NCBI GenBank assembly: GCA_048937405.1
Contig: JBHLNF010000007.1
Span: 96,001-160,000, forward strand
Direction: 5' to 3'
Source: Promethearchaeota archaeon
GTDB taxonomy: Archaea > Asgardarchaeota > Lokiarchaeia > Sigyniarchaeales > SOKP01
DNA length: 64,000 nucleotides
The notes below the pieces were generated by a model. That model had not been told where the DNA came from. It saw only the letters and a program-made list of their open reading frames with translations, and searched no databases. The stretch's first letter is position 1, and every line of letters begins with the position of its first letter. Made by a program: the position numbers and the translations under genes. This document shows, one piece after another, positions 40,772-51,800 of this stretch.

Positions 40772-41068
40772 TTGATTAAAATGGTAAAAACGAAGAAAGT
40801 TGGAATCACAGGGAAATATGGAGCTAGATATGGAAGTACTCTTCGGAAAAGAACACGATTAATTTTAGAAAAAGAAAAAGGAAATATTAAATGCCCTAGA
40901 TGTATAACTAATGGTGCAGTCCATCGAATATCAACTGGTATTTGGTATTGCAAAAAATGTAATGCTAAGTTTACTGGTGGTGCGTACTATATTGAAACAC
41001 CAAGAGGAGCAGAATCTTTCAGAATTGCAAAACGAAAACAAAGAGAATTAGAAGTTATAGAAGAATAA
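40772..41068 (+). CDS. rpl37ae: 50S ribosomal protein L37Ae (eL43); likely start ATG 40781
   Basis: KKVGITGKYGARYG, CPRC...GIWYCKKC..KFTGGAY. Confidence 0.97.
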   Translation: MIKMVKTKKVGITGKYGARYGSTLRKRTRLILEKEKGNIKCPRCITNGAVHRISTGIWYCKKCNAKFTGGAYYIETPRGAESFRIAKRKQRELEVIEE

Positions 41069-41343
41069 TGAGTGATAATTATACTTCTTTTTCAATAAAA
41101 TCAATGATAGAATTCATATTTAAAAGTACTAAAAAACGAGATATTTCATATAATTCATTTTTACCAGAGTTTAAAAAATTACAAACCAAACGATCTGAGG
41201 TTTCTGTGGAAAAAAAAAAAGATAATACGATAGTGTTTAATCTAATTTGCAATGATATAACAGCTTTTCGTGCTTCTATTAATGAGATTATTAGTTTTGG
41301 GAAAGTAATTGATGATACTATAAGAATAGTTGAAAATTCATAG
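41068..41343 (+). CDS. pcc1: KEOPS subunit Pcc1
   Basis: RSEV...DITAFRASIN; conserved position after rpl37ae. Confidence 0.8.
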   Translation: MSDNYTSFSIKSMIEFIFKSTKKRDISYNSFLPEFKKLQTKRSEVSVEKKKDNTIVFNLICNDITAFRASINEIISFGKVIDDTIRIVENS

Positions 41344-41412
41344 AAAAAAATATAATATTTTTAATATAAAGTTAAATTAAAAAAAAAATAAATCTAATTT
41401 AGTGAAATTTTA

Positions 41413-41766
41413 ATGACGATTAATTTAGACGACCTAAATGAGGAACAAAAAAAGAAAATTCTAAATTTCAATAATTTAAAACAATCACTTGAATTTATTA
41501 CTTCTCAAAGAATACAATTTGAAACTACCCTTAGAGACACAGAACTTGCAATTGAAGAATTGGAAAAAATAAACCAAGAAGACGCAGTATACAAAGCAAT
41601 AGGCGGGATTTTAGTTAAAAGTGAAAAAAACAAATTATTGGATGAGAAAAAAAGTTTAAAAGTCACTTTAGAGATGAGATTAAAGACTTTAAAACAAAAA
41701 GAAGAACGAACGAAAAATCAACTTGAAACAATGAGTAAATCTCTTCAAGCGGACTTTCAAAAATAA
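41413..41766 (+). CDS. pfdB: prefoldin beta subunit
   Basis: Coiled coil, VYKAIGGILVK. Confidence 0.92.
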   Translation: MTINLDDLNEEQKKKILNFNNLKQSLEFITSQRIQFETTLRDTELAIEELEKINQEDAVYKAIGGILVKSEKNKLLDEKKSLKVTLEMRLKTLKQKEERTKNQLETMSKSLQADFQK

Positions 41767-41782
41767 TATTTGAAGAAATTTT

Positions 41783-42796
41783 ATGTTAAAATCCAAATTT
41801 GATGATCTTTTAGTTTTTTTAGACAAAAAGAAAATTCTAATTACCACACACAATTTAGTAGACATTGATGGTTTAGTCTCTTGTTTTACCTTAAAATTTT
41901 TTTTGATACAATATTTTAAAACTAATGAGATTTCAATATATTTCTCGGATCTTTCAAAATCAACAAAAAATTTCATAAAGAACTATGCAGCAAAATTTCC
42001 TGAGTTCAATTTATCATATGAAAACTCTTTTTCTGCTTTCAAGGCTGAAATATTATTAATAGTAGATACAAATAATTTGGATCAAATAAAAATCAATGCT
42101 AATTCACATACAACACACCCAAATATTCCTTATATCTTTATAGATCATCATTATTTAGGAGATAGAACAGAAAAAAAAAAATTAAATATCAAATCATTAA
42201 ATATAATATTTACAAATTATTCTTCCACAGCAGAAATAATATTAGATTTATTTGAATCATATAACACTCCATTAAATAATTCATTGAAAACTCTCTTTAT
42301 TGCAGCTATTCTAATAGATTCAGGTTTCTTTAAACACGGTAATAATAATGCAATTCAAAATGTAGGAAAATTATTAAGTGAAGATATAAAATTTCAAGAC
42401 ATTCGTGCACTTCTTAAAAATGATATTGATATATCTGAAAAAATAGCTAAAATAAAAAGTTTACAACGGGTAGAATTAATTAGAGAAGGGCAATATTTAA
42501 TTGGTATTACAAATATTAGCAGTTTTGGGGCAAGTGCAGCTTCAATGTTAATAAAAATTGGATTTGATGTTTCAATAGCTATATCAAAAGAAGATAATCT
42601 TTCTAGAATTAATGTTCGTGCTAGAAAAAAGGTTTGTGAAGAAACAGGATTAAATTTAGCAAAAATCTTGGAGGAAATTTCCGAACGATATGAAGGAAGC
42701 GGTGGTGGCCATGATGGAGCTGCCTCTTTAACTATCAATAATAAATCTGATTATAATATTGCAGAACTCATTGAAAATATTAAAAAATATTTATAA
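41783..42796 (+). CDS. DHH-family phosphoesterase (DHH + DHHA1)
   Basis: THNLVDIDG, IVDT, IDHH, DSG.F, GGGHDGAA. Confidence 0.9.
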   Translation: MLKSKFDDLLVFLDKKKILITTHNLVDIDGLVSCFTLKFFLIQYFKTNEISIYFSDLSKSTKNFIKNYAAKFPEFNLSYENSFSAFKAEILLIVDTNNLDQIKINANSHTTHPNIPYIFIDHHYLGDRTEKKKLNIKSLNIIFTNYSSTAEIILDLFESYNTPLNNSLKTLFIAAILIDSGFFKHGNNNAIQNVGKLLSEDIKFQDIRALLKNDIDISEKIAKIKSLQRVELIREGQYLIGITNISSFGASAASMLIKIGFDVSIAISKEDNLSRINVRARKKVCEETGLNLAKILEEISERYEGSGGGHDGAASLTINNKSDYNIAELIENIKKYL

Positions 42797-42858
42797 TCCA
42801 AGTTTTAAATAATTAAGAACTAATGAAGAACAACACTTTCAGTTGATTAAATCCTATC

Positions 42859-43698
42859 ATGAAATATATCAAATTTGATAATTTCTACTACCGATATAAA
42901 GGAAATGAAGAATATGCTTTAAATAATATTAATTTAGATATTGAAGATAACGAGAATAAATTTATCCTGTTGAGTGGAGAAACGGGTTCTGGAAAAACAA
43001 GCCTAATTAGGTGTATGAATGGTTTGATCCCTCAGTTTTATACTGGTTTTTATAAGGGGAAAGTTATTATAAATGGTAATGATACAACCAAAACTCCAAT
43101 AGCAGATTTAAGTACTAATGTAGGAATAGTTTTTCAGAATCCAGAAAATCAGCTAATAACTTTGAATGTTGAGCATGAAATTGCTTTTGGGTTAGAAAAT
43201 TTAGGCTTTTCACCAAAAGAAATTTCAAGTCGAATTGAAGAAAGTACATCATTAACGGAAATTGAACATTTACTAGATAAAGCTCCTTTTGAATTGAGTG
43301 GTGGTGAACAACAACGGGTTGCTATTGCATCTATTCTGGTATTAGAACCAAAAATATTAGTATTAGATGAACCTACTGCGTTATTGGATCCATATATGGC
43401 AAAAAAAATAATTAATTTACTGCAAGAGATAAAGGAGGAAAAAAAGATAACAATTCTGATAAGTGAACATCGTCTTGATTTAATTTTACCATTTACTGAT
43501 CAGTTGATTTTAATGAAGAATGGTAAGGTGCTTGAATATGGGTCATGTGAGAAAGTCATAAACGGTGAAACATTTCAACATTTAAAACTGAACAAACCTG
43601 TTCTTTACTTAATCTTTAATAAGCTTAAAAAAGAGAATCTATTTAATAAAAATATCCCTATTTCAATTCCAGAGGCAATAAAATCTTTAAAAATATAA
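42859..43698 (+). CDS. ECF transporter ATPase (EcfA)
   Basis: GETGSGKT, FQNP, LSGGE, LDEP. Confidence 0.92.
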   Translation: MKYIKFDNFYYRYKGNEEYALNNINLDIEDNENKFILLSGETGSGKTSLIRCMNGLIPQFYTGFYKGKVIINGNDTTKTPIADLSTNVGIVFQNPENQLITLNVEHEIAFGLENLGFSPKEISSRIEESTSLTEIEHLLDKAPFELSGGEQQRVAIASILVLEPKILVLDEPTALLDPYMAKKIINLLQEIKEEKKITILISEHRLDLILPFTDQLILMKNGKVLEYGSCEKVINGETFQHLKLNKPVLYLIFNKLKKENLFNKNIPISIPEAIKSLKI

Positions 43699-43713
43699 AA
43701 AAGAAACAAGAAA

Positions 43714-44577
43714 ATGATGCAAAAGGTTAAAGAAATACCTATAGTAATCTTGAAAGAAATCGGATATTCTTATCCAAACGGAACAAAGGCTTTAACTAAT
43801 ATAAATTTGAATATTTTTAAAGGGGAATTAGTAGGAATAATGGGTAAAAATGGAGCGGGAAAGACTACTCTTATCAGAACCTTAAATGGATTAATACGAC
43901 CAACAAATGGTACAATTTATATGGATAATGAAAATACTAGTTCTAAAAGCGTTGCAACCTTATCGAAAAAAGTTGGAATAATTTTTCAAAATCCTTTCCA
44001 TCAATTATTTGCAAACTCTGTAGAGGAGGAAATTAAATTTTCACTAAAAAGCTATAATCTTCCTAAAGAAGAAATTCAAATTAAAGTAGATCAAATATTA
44101 TCTGAATTTAATCTCGAAAAATATAGAAATCGCTCACCACTTAATTTATCTGGAGGGGAGTCAAAAAAGCTAGCTATAGCTTCTATAATTTGTAGGGATC
44201 CTGAAATCTTGATTTTTGATGAGCCAACATTAGGTCAAGATGCTAAAGAGATTGAATTTTTTATAGATTTAATCGAGAAGGAAAGAAAAAATGGAAAAAC
44301 AATAATAATAATTACTCATAATATAGAATTTGCTTATGAGTTTATACCTCGATCGATATTAATGGCGGATGGACAGATAATTTGTGATGGACCAACCCAA
44401 AAATTATTGAATAATGAATTTCTCATAAAAAAATCATCATTAATTTTACCGCAAATTCGTCAATTTGCTTTAGAATTACAAAAAAAGGGATTTCATGAAG
44501 TAGAAAATGTCCTTTCTAAAATTGAGATGATTAATTACCTAAGAAATCTAATACAAAATAAATCTTCATATAATTAG
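43714..44577 (+). CDS. ECF transporter ATPase (EcfA')
   Basis: GKNGAGKT, FQNP, LSGGE, FDEPTLGQD. Confidence 0.92.
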   Translation: MMQKVKEIPIVILKEIGYSYPNGTKALTNINLNIFKGELVGIMGKNGAGKTTLIRTLNGLIRPTNGTIYMDNENTSSKSVATLSKKVGIIFQNPFHQLFANSVEEEIKFSLKSYNLPKEEIQIKVDQILSEFNLEKYRNRSPLNLSGGESKKLAIASIICRDPEILIFDEPTLGQDAKEIEFFIDLIEKERKNGKTIIIITHNIEFAYEFIPRSILMADGQIICDGPTQKLLNNEFLIKKSSLILPQIRQFALELQKKGFHEVENVLSKIEMINYLRNLIQNKSSYN

Positions 44578-44592
44578 GGAGGATACATTAAA

Positions 44593-45360
44593 ATGTCTTT
44601 AGAATTCCTTAATGCTTTTAAATTTATGAAAAAAAAATCAATTCTCCACAGAATGGATCCTAGAGTCAAATTGGTATTTTCGATTATATATACCATTATT
44701 GCTTTACTTTTTAACAAAATTATCCCTTTATTCTTCATTTTTTTAAGTATAATTCCTATAATTGTTTTAGGAAAATTGTTTAAACAGTGGATTAAAAGTA
44801 TTCGAGGACTTTCCTTCTTAATTATATTCATTATTATTTTAAATACCTTATTTGATTCCTTGTCTTTTGCTATTGCTATGGTTTTTAGAATTCTAATTAT
44901 GGTATCTGCATATTCAATTTTCTTTTTAACAGTTGATCCAAATGATTTAGCACTCTCTCTTATTTCTATGAAAATACCATATGAATTTGCATTTTCATTT
45001 TCATTAGCATTTAGGTTTGTCCCAACGATTGCGACTGAAGCTCAAAATATATTAGATGCTCAACAAAGCAGAGGGTATGAAATGCAAGAAAAAGGACTTA
45101 TAAGCCAAATTAAAAATCTTTTTCCCCTCTTAGTTCCATTAATAATATGTTCTATTAGGAGAGCTTTTAATGTTGCTGAAGCACTTGAATCAAGAGGATT
45201 TGGGAGTAGTAAAGAGCGTTCTTATTATTACACCATTAAATATAGCTTAAAAGATTGGATTTTTACTTTTTATTTGTTATTTTTCTTAATATTTTCAATT
45301 TATATTAGAATACAAATTAATATTATGCCAGAATTCTTAACATGGAGTTTACCAGTGTGA
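44593..45360 (+). CDS. ECF transporter transmembrane component EcfT
   Basis: HRMDPRVKL, AFRFVP, AQQSRG, ALESRG. Confidence 0.92.
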   Translation: MSLEFLNAFKFMKKKSILHRMDPRVKLVFSIIYTIIALLFNKIIPLFFIFLSIIPIIVLGKLFKQWIKSIRGLSFLIIFIIILNTLFDSLSFAIAMVFRILIMVSAYSIFFLTVDPNDLALSLISMKIPYEFAFSFSLAFRFVPTIATEAQNILDAQQSRGYEMQEKGLISQIKNLFPLLVPLIICSIRRAFNVAEALESRGFGSSKERSYYYTIKYSLKDWIFTFYLLFFLIFSIYIRIQINIMPEFLTWSLPV

Positions 45361-46022
45361 TTATTAAAGATTTTGATATTACAGAGCTAAATTTGAAATA
45401 CTTTGTGGGAATTAGTCAAATTAAAATGAATTTAGATAAGTTTATGAATTTTTACAATATAATGGGTAAAAATGAAGCTTTAAATCAATTTTTAAATATA
45501 ATGGATGAAGTTCAAAATGAATATGAAAATACAGTTGTCCAATTTATTATGGACAAGTATATATTAAATCAAGATCACATATTTATAGCATGTTACCACT
45601 TTCTTAAAGCATTTCAACTTAATTTTAATATTTCAAATAAAAAAAATATCGAATTCTTACTGTATATGGCCACTAATCGGCAAATTAATAAAAGTATAGA
45701 AGCTTTTGGTGTTAATTTTTCCCAATTAAATCATAATAATCTTATTCTCTGTATAGTTTCTCCTATAAACAATTTAAAAATTATTTCAGAAAAATTACTA
45801 TCGACTCTAAATGCTGAAAAAATGGAATTATCAATTAATAAACAATCACATTCTAAGTTTAATATGATTAAGGAATTTTTCGAGATAAATAATAACCAAA
45901 TTAATTCTGTTTTAAGATCTTATGGAATCGACATAAAAAAATCAGTAACTAATTTACCCAACTTATTTTCAGCCCTTTTTGATTTAATTTGTGAAAAAAT
46001 GTCTATATTATTCCTACAATAA
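45342..46022 (+). CDS. cgi121: KEOPS subunit Cgi121
   Basis: NISNKKNIEFLLYMATNRQINKSIEAFG. Confidence 0.75.
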   Translation: MEFTSVIIKDFDITELNLKYFVGISQIKMNLDKFMNFYNIMGKNEALNQFLNIMDEVQNEYENTVVQFIMDKYILNQDHIFIACYHFLKAFQLNFNISNKKNIEFLLYMATNRQINKSIEAFGVNFSQLNHNNLILCIVSPINNLKIISEKLLSTLNAEKMELSINKQSHSKFNMIKEFFEINNNQINSVLRSYGIDIKKSVTNLPNLFSALFDLICEKMSILFLQ

Positions 46023-46043
46023 ATCCTCTAAATAATATAAAAA

Positions 46044-46259
46044 TTATCTAATAACATTGAAAGATATATAGATTATTATAAATATAATTAATGTTAATAT
46101 CATGATACAATACAAATTTCGAGTTTTTTTAATGTCCTTCATTTTTTGAGAGTTTATCTCTGTTCCACACTTAGGACAATATTTCAAATCCGCTACTTCC
46201 CACCAACGACCATTAAATAAAAACTTTCCACAATTATCACATCTACAATTCATATTCAT
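46044..46259 (-). CDS. small zinc-ribbon membrane protein
   Basis: CDNCG...CPKCG, C-terminal TM. Confidence 0.6.
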   Translation of the reverse strand: MNMNCRCDNCGKFLFNGRWWEVADLKYCPKCGTEINSQKMKDIKKTRNLYCIMILTLIIFIIIYISFNVIR

Positions 46260-46315
46260 GCACTTCTTTATTTCTTGATTTTCCGCGTATTTAATTTAAA
46301 ATTAAAGAGTCTCTT

Positions 46316-46852
46316 CTAAATTTTTCGTATATATTTTAATTTAATAATATCACTTTCCTCTAAAAAAGAAATTCCACATATATTATCTAAAATTTCAATT
46401 CTAATAACTTTATCTGGATTTTCAAGATTTACTTTATTATCAATATCTTTAGTAATTGTATCAATAAAATTTGTCCTTTCTATTTTTTCATGTTTTCGAC
46501 GCTTCAATGTTATTCTGAACGTTTCATCTTCATTAATGAAATCTTTATAATTCTCTTGTATCAAGTAATTTATAGTCTTTATATCAGTTTCACATATAAA
46601 ATCAATAGGTACAATTTTTAAAATAAATTGAAAGAAATCAGGATTTTTTTTTATTATCCCCCTTATCTCTGATATTACTTTTTTTTTATCTAAATCAGTT
46701 AGAGCAGTAATTAATCCTTGAAACGGAATTCCTGAAATAATGGGATAGGTATCACCACACATTAATAAAGTAAACCATAATTCTGCTTTTGCTTCTGTTT
46801 CATTATATCTTGGAGTTGAAACTAAAAGATTAAAATTCTTCAATTGTATCAC
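46316..46852 (-). CDS. stand-alone THUMP-domain protein (Tan1-like)
   Basis: FNLLVST, ILKIVPID, TFRITLKRR, KVNLENPD. Confidence 0.88.
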   Translation of the reverse strand: MIQLKNFNLLVSTPRYNETEAKAELWFTLLMCGDTYPIISGIPFQGLITALTDLDKKKVISEIRGIIKKNPDFFQFILKIVPIDFICETDIKTINYLIQENYKDFINEDETFRITLKRRKHEKIERTNFIDTITKDIDNKVNLENPDKVIRIEILDNICGISFLEESDIIKLKYIRKI

Positions 46853-46857
46853 TTCAT

Positions 46858-47517
46858 TTATTTTGATAAAAATTCCAATATTTCTTCTTCAGAAATCTTT
46901 CCTTTTCGTAAAAATCTTACACTTTCACCTGTACAATCTACTATAGTAGTTGGAATTCGTGATTTTGACTTACCACCATCAATTATCAGATCTATAGGGC
47001 TTAAAATTTTCTTAGATACTTCTTCCCCGCTAATAGAGGGAGATTCTCCAGAATAATTCGCCGAAGTTCCTATTATTCCACCGAAATATCCTTCTGATTT
47101 CAAAAGTTTTAATATATTTAATATTATTTCATTTTCAGGAACTCGTAAACCTATAGTGTCTTGATAGGCAGTTACTTCGGGAGGTATAATGCTTGGTTCC
47201 TTTTTTTTTAAAATTAAAGTTAATTGACCTGGCCAATAGTGTTTTGCTAATCTTTCAGCGTAATTATTGAATTCAGCAATTTTAATGGCCTCTTCAAAGT
47301 CAGAAATTAGTAATAATAATCCTTTTGATCTATCACGAAATTTAATATCATAAATCTTGTTTATAACTTCAAGATTTTGAGGATCTCCTCCTATTCCATA
47401 TACGGAATTAGTAGGGAATGCAAAAATCTTTCCTTCAATAATGTTCTCAACAGCAATCTTTAAATAGAAATTAATATCCTTTAGTTCTTTTCCGGCTAAT
47501 CTAATTAAAAATCCCAT
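46858..47517 (-). CDS. threonylcarbamoyl-AMP synthase (TsaC/Sua5, YrdC domain)
   Basis: FPTNSVYGIG, WPGQLTLIL, IGLRVP, TSANYSG. Confidence 0.93.
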   Translation of the reverse strand: MGFLIRLAGKELKDINFYLKIAVENIIEGKIFAFPTNSVYGIGGDPQNLEVINKIYDIKFRDRSKGLLLLISDFEEAIKIAEFNNYAERLAKHYWPGQLTLILKKKEPSIIPPEVTAYQDTIGLRVPENEIILNILKLLKSEGYFGGIIGTSANYSGESPSISGEEVSKKILSPIDLIIDGGKSKSRIPTTIVDCTGESVRFLRKGKISEEEILEFLSK

Positions 47518-47578
47518 TTAAAATCTAGCTGTATTTTAATACAATATTGAAAAAATAATATAATAAAAAATATAAAGA

Positions 47579-48520
47579 TTATTTTGGATATTGTTCCTGG
47601 CAGCTTAGGTCCGCTTCTAAACGTTTCCAAGTATGATCCAAGTATTCTTGGAGTCCAATGATTTCTTTTTCTGAAATATTTGCAAATCTTTTCTGTTTAG
47701 ACAGGTAATCCATCATTGGAGCTCTTTTGGAAGGATCCAGTAATGATTTACTTGCTTTTGATAATGTCATGATTCCATTTTCTACTTCGTATAAAATCCA
47801 TGAACCTGTTTTTACAGCTAATCTTGCTACTTCTATTGATTCTGAACTATCCATACCCCAACCAGGTGGACAAGGAGCTAGAATATGAATATATCTGCAA
47901 CCTTTAATCGACTTTGCTTTCTTAAACTTATCATATAAATCAAGTGGTTCACTAATCGAACAAGTAGCTACATAAGGTATATCATGAGCAGCCATAATTG
48001 CTGGAAGATTCTTTTTGAAACGTTCCTTTCCTTTTGTAGTTGTCGTGGTCCATGCTCCATGTGGTGTACTTGAAGATCGTTGAATGCCTGTATTCATATA
48101 TGCCTCATTATCATAACATACATAAATTTGATCAGAATTTCTTTCTGCTGCTCCACTTAAACCTTGAATTCCAATATCCGCTGTTCCACCATCTCCTGCA
48201 AATGTAATTGCTGTCATATCATCCCAGCCCTTACCAGGAAATCTATATGCTTTAGCCTTAAAAGCGGCAGATAAACCTGTTGCAGCTGCGGCTCCCGCAG
48301 CAAAAGCCATATTTGTAAATGGAAAATTTGGAGCTGTTTTAGGCCATAATCCGACAACAACATTAAGACAGGAAGCGGGAGTAACAAGGGCTGTATTGGG
48401 GCCCAATGCTTTCATTGCCCATCTTAGAGCGATTTCTAAACCACATCCTGCACAGCATGAATTTCCTGGAAGAAAATATTCTTCTTGGCAAGATTCTAAT
48501 GCTTCTTTTAATTTTGTCAT
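47579..48520 (-). CDS. porB: pyruvate/2-ketoacid:ferredoxin oxidoreductase beta subunit
   Basis: CAGCG, GDGGTADIG, DNEAYMNTGIQRS. Confidence 0.93.
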   Translation of the reverse strand: MTKLKEALESCQEEYFLPGNSCCAGCGLEIALRWAMKALGPNTALVTPASCLNVVVGLWPKTAPNFPFTNMAFAAGAAAATGLSAAFKAKAYRFPGKGWDDMTAITFAGDGGTADIGIQGLSGAAERNSDQIYVCYDNEAYMNTGIQRSSSTPHGAWTTTTTKGKERFKKNLPAIMAAHDIPYVATCSISEPLDLYDKFKKAKSIKGCRYIHILAPCPPGWGMDSSESIEVARLAVKTGSWILYEVENGIMTLSKASKSLLDPSKRAPMMDYLSKQKRFANISEKEIIGLQEYLDHTWKRLEADLSCQEQYPK

Positions 48521-48524
48521 TATA

Positions 48525-49781
48525 TCATTCCACCTCTAATAATCCGTCCCAGAGAGTTCCATGAATTATATCTTTTGGAAGTTCTCCGGTTTCATTATAT
48601 TTAACTAATTTTTTTAATTGCTCTTTTTGCTGCTCAAGAGAAACTTCTCTTCCCCCTAAACCATTAATTATTGGTAATATTGTGGCAGTTCCTTTGGTTT
48701 CATGAAGTACACCTTTAACTTCACAACTCACTGGTCCTCCTGTTTGAGAACCAAAAGCTGTAGCTCTATCTATAACTCCAAGAACTTTCACCTTTTTAGC
48801 AACATCAAGAATATCTTCTGTAGGAAAGGGTCTAAAATGTCGAAGCTTTACCATACCAACTTTATAACCTTCATCTCTTAATTGATCTACAGCTTCTTCC
48901 ATTTGTAATGCTAAATCTCCATATATAATTACCGCCACGTCTGCATTATCCATTTTGTATTCTTGAATTAGACCATTACCATAATCTCTACCAAATACCT
49001 TCTTAAATTCTGCTGCTGCTTGCTTAATTTTCTCTTTAGCTTTCATAAATGCATCATGAATCTTTAATCGAAATTCATAATAAAAACCAGAAGGCATGAT
49101 AAGATTGCCAAACATCATTGGTCTTTTTGGGTCCATCCAAATATGTGGCCAACCTTCCTCACTCGGTAATGGCGGTATGTATTTATCTACAAGATCTTGA
49201 TCTTCAATAATAACAGGTTTAGAAGTATGTGAGAGAATAAATCCTCCATATGCAACAAATTTAGGCAAAAGAATATCCTGATCTTCGCAAACCTTATACG
49301 ACATTAATATTTCATCATAAATTTCTTGATGGGCAGCACAGAAAGAACTCATCCATCCTGTATCACGCTGACTTATTACGTCAGTAAAATCCGCCCAAAT
49401 ATTCCAGGGTGGTGCGGGTGCTCGAGATGCTATAGCGACTACAATAGGAAGTCTAGCACCACCAGCCCAATGAATCATTTCATGAGCATAAAATATACCC
49501 TGACCAGATGTTGCAGTGAAAGTTCTAGTACCTGCTTTACTGGCACCCACCACTGCTCCGAAAACACTATGTTCTGATTCCACTTTAATATATTCAGTTC
49601 CAGGCATTTCCCCATTGTCAACGAATTCTGATAATTTTTCGACAACAGTGGTTTGTGGAGTGATAGGATAAGCACTAATCACCTGCACTCGTGCGGATTT
49701 TGCTGCATAAGCTGCTGCTACATTTCCTTTTATAATAATAGTTTCTCTTTCTTGAATAAAATCTTTCTGAGCTTCAGTCAT
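48525..49781 (-). CDS. porA: pyruvate/2-ketoacid:ferredoxin oxidoreductase alpha subunit
   Basis: AYPITPQT, ESEHS, TFTATSGQG, FRPFP, GLGGR. Confidence 0.93.
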   Translation of the reverse strand: MTEAQKDFIQERETIIIKGNVAAAYAAKSARVQVISAYPITPQTTVVEKLSEFVDNGEMPGTEYIKVESEHSVFGAVVGASKAGTRTFTATSGQGIFYAHEMIHWAGGARLPIVVAIASRAPAPPWNIWADFTDVISQRDTGWMSSFCAAHQEIYDEILMSYKVCEDQDILLPKFVAYGGFILSHTSKPVIIEDQDLVDKYIPPLPSEEGWPHIWMDPKRPMMFGNLIMPSGFYYEFRLKIHDAFMKAKEKIKQAAAEFKKVFGRDYGNGLIQEYKMDNADVAVIIYGDLALQMEEAVDQLRDEGYKVGMVKLRHFRPFPTEDILDVAKKVKVLGVIDRATAFGSQTGGPVSCEVKGVLHETKGTATILPIINGLGGREVSLEQQKEQLKKLVKYNETGELPKDIIHGTLWDGLLEVE

Positions 49782-50121
49782 TTTTTATATCACTCTCCCT
49801 TATCATATCTATGTTATTTGTTGGGCATTCTTTTGCACATATACCACATCCTTTACAGTATAACAAATCAATTTCGAATGTGCCATCTTCTTTTCTTTTA
49901 ATTACACCCTCTGGACAATACATCCAGCATATTCCACACTTATTACATCCTTCTTTAATTATAGGTCTAAAAGTTCTCCAATCGCCAGTTGTACCAATAT
50001 TTCCTTCAATGGGTAATGATATTGGAATTGGAGGTAATTCTTTCCAATTTTTATATTCTTGAACCTTAGGACGCTCTTTTATTGATTTATTAATTTTCTT
50101 CCATTTTTTTGATTCTGACAT
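49774..50121 (-). CDS. porD: 2-ketoacid oxidoreductase delta (ferredoxin) subunit
   Basis: TGDWRTFRP, CNKCGICWMYCP, CKGCGICAKECP. Confidence 0.93.
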   Translation of the reverse strand: MSESKKWKKINKSIKERPKVQEYKNWKELPPIPISLPIEGNIGTTGDWRTFRPIIKEGCNKCGICWMYCPEGVIKRKEDGTFEIDLLYCKGCGICAKECPTNNIDMIRESDIKND

Positions 50122-50123
50122 GA

Positions 50124-50699
50124 TTAAACCTCTTTAACTGATTCATATGCATCTTTAGCAACGCTCATATTTTTCTCTAATCTGTTTTCTCCAAATTCCT
50201 TCGTAATAACTTTCTCCATAGTTTCTAAATTATAGTATCCTGTAACCTTCCCGAAAGCTCCTAACATAGGTATATTTAAAATTGGTCCACTTGCATGCAT
50301 AAAATTCCTTTTAATACATATCCCTGTGGCATCTACAAGAAAGATCTTAATGTTATTTGGGAGATCACTTTTATCTATTTTATTAGCACTATTAATTATG
50401 AGATTAACTCCTTCTTTTATTGTACTTCTAATCGTGGGAATCTCTAATAATGAAGTATCAAAAATAAGCATATAATCAGGATTTTTTACACTATCATACG
50501 TTTTAATTGATTTATTTTTCGAAACTTTTGTAAATGCTTGAATTGGAGCACCTCTTCGTTCAGCTCCAATTATCGGAATTGCAATTGTATCCTTGAAATC
50601 TTCCTCGTATGCCATTTCTGCTAACAATTGACTCGCAGTAATACATGTCTGACCACCTCTACAATGCATCGATATTTCTACTATCTTTTCATTCGACAT
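50124..50699 (-). CDS. porG: 2-ketoacid oxidoreductase gamma subunit
   Basis: RGGQ, GAERRGAP, VDATGI, NIPMLGA. Confidence 0.9.
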   Translation of the reverse strand: MSNEKIVEISMHCRGGQTCITASQLLAEMAYEEDFKDTIAIPIIGAERRGAPIQAFTKVSKNKSIKTYDSVKNPDYMLIFDTSLLEIPTIRSTIKEGVNLIINSANKIDKSDLPNNIKIFLVDATGICIKRNFMHASGPILNIPMLGAFGKVTGYYNLETMEKVITKEFGENRLEKNMSVAKDAYESVKEV

Positions 50700-51101
50700 T
50701 TTTTTCCACTTTTTTCTTTTTTAATTTTTATATGCAATTTTCTCAGAACAACCAACAAAAACGCCGAGATATAACTTTTCTGGGTTGTCTGTTAGTTAAA
50801 TTCTTATACTAATACAAGAATAAGAATTAATGATAATAATACTAATAAGTTTCGGATAATAATACTATGATTTTTGCCTATAATCATCATTATTTCCTCG
50901 ACGTTATAATATTATTCAAAAATTTATAATACTTTTATTTAATATCTTAAAAAACAGTGATCAATAAAAAATTTTCGAAATAGATTTATAATTTTGGGAA
51001 TAATAAACAAAAAAGTAATTAGCTTAATTAGATAAATATCAAAACAGAAAAAAAGTAGTGTTTATTATTTTAAATTAAATAAACCGTTTTATATTGAAGT
51101 T

Positions 51102-51665
51102 ATGTCAGAAAAGGCAGCAAATTCAGAAGAAGTTTTTTCCTTCAAGTGCCCAACTTGTAAAAATGGTATAATTGCCATTAAAAAAGCGATATATGACTTG
51201 CCAGATGGGGATAAAATGCTGATATTAAAATTTGAATGCAATTCCTGTAATTTCCATAAAAACGATATAATCCCCTTAACTACAAATATGGAATCGGGAA
51301 TTATGACCTTAAGAATTACCGAAGAGAATGACCTAAAATCTAAGATTTACCGATCACCTACAGGTAAATTAGAGATTCCTGAACTAGATATAATAGTAGA
51401 ACCGGGTCCCAGAGCTGATTTCTATTATACTAACGTACAAGGTATATTATTTCGATTTGAACAGGCAGTCTCAATATATAGAAATAGCCTTGAAAAGAAT
51501 GATCCAGCTAAAAGTGAAATGGATGAACTTTTATCTACTTTAAAACATGCTATAGAAGGTAAATTTAAGTTTACTTTAAAATTGACAGATTTCCAGGGAG
51601 GTAGTTATATCATTCCTGAAGATAAATCAAAATACACTTTCAAGAAAATTCAGAAAGAGGAATGA
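51102..51665 (+). CDS. ZPR1-type zinc finger protein
   Basis: CPTC...CNSC, IPEL.I.VEPG, TNVQGIL. Confidence 0.88.
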   Translation: MSEKAANSEEVFSFKCPTCKNGIIAIKKAIYDLPDGDKMLILKFECNSCNFHKNDIIPLTTNMESGIMTLRITEENDLKSKIYRSPTGKLEIPELDIIVEPGPRADFYYTNVQGILFRFEQAVSIYRNSLEKNDPAKSEMDELLSTLKHAIEGKFKFTLKLTDFQGGSYIIPEDKSKYTFKKIQKEE

Positions 51666-51800
51666 TTTAGGATTTTTTTCTAATTTTATAATCTTTTTAT
51701 GAAAATTAAAAAATCAGAAAGTTAAGAAAGCTAAGAGATTTAAGAAGGAAGTTAATCAATTTATTGTAACAAGAAATTCTTAGCTAGAAAGAGACAAATA

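Noticed and set aside
50700-50880. Possible structured leader upstream of the por operon (CAGAACAACC / GGGTTGTCTG)
   Set aside because: One imperfect stem only, with no recognisable riboswitch features.
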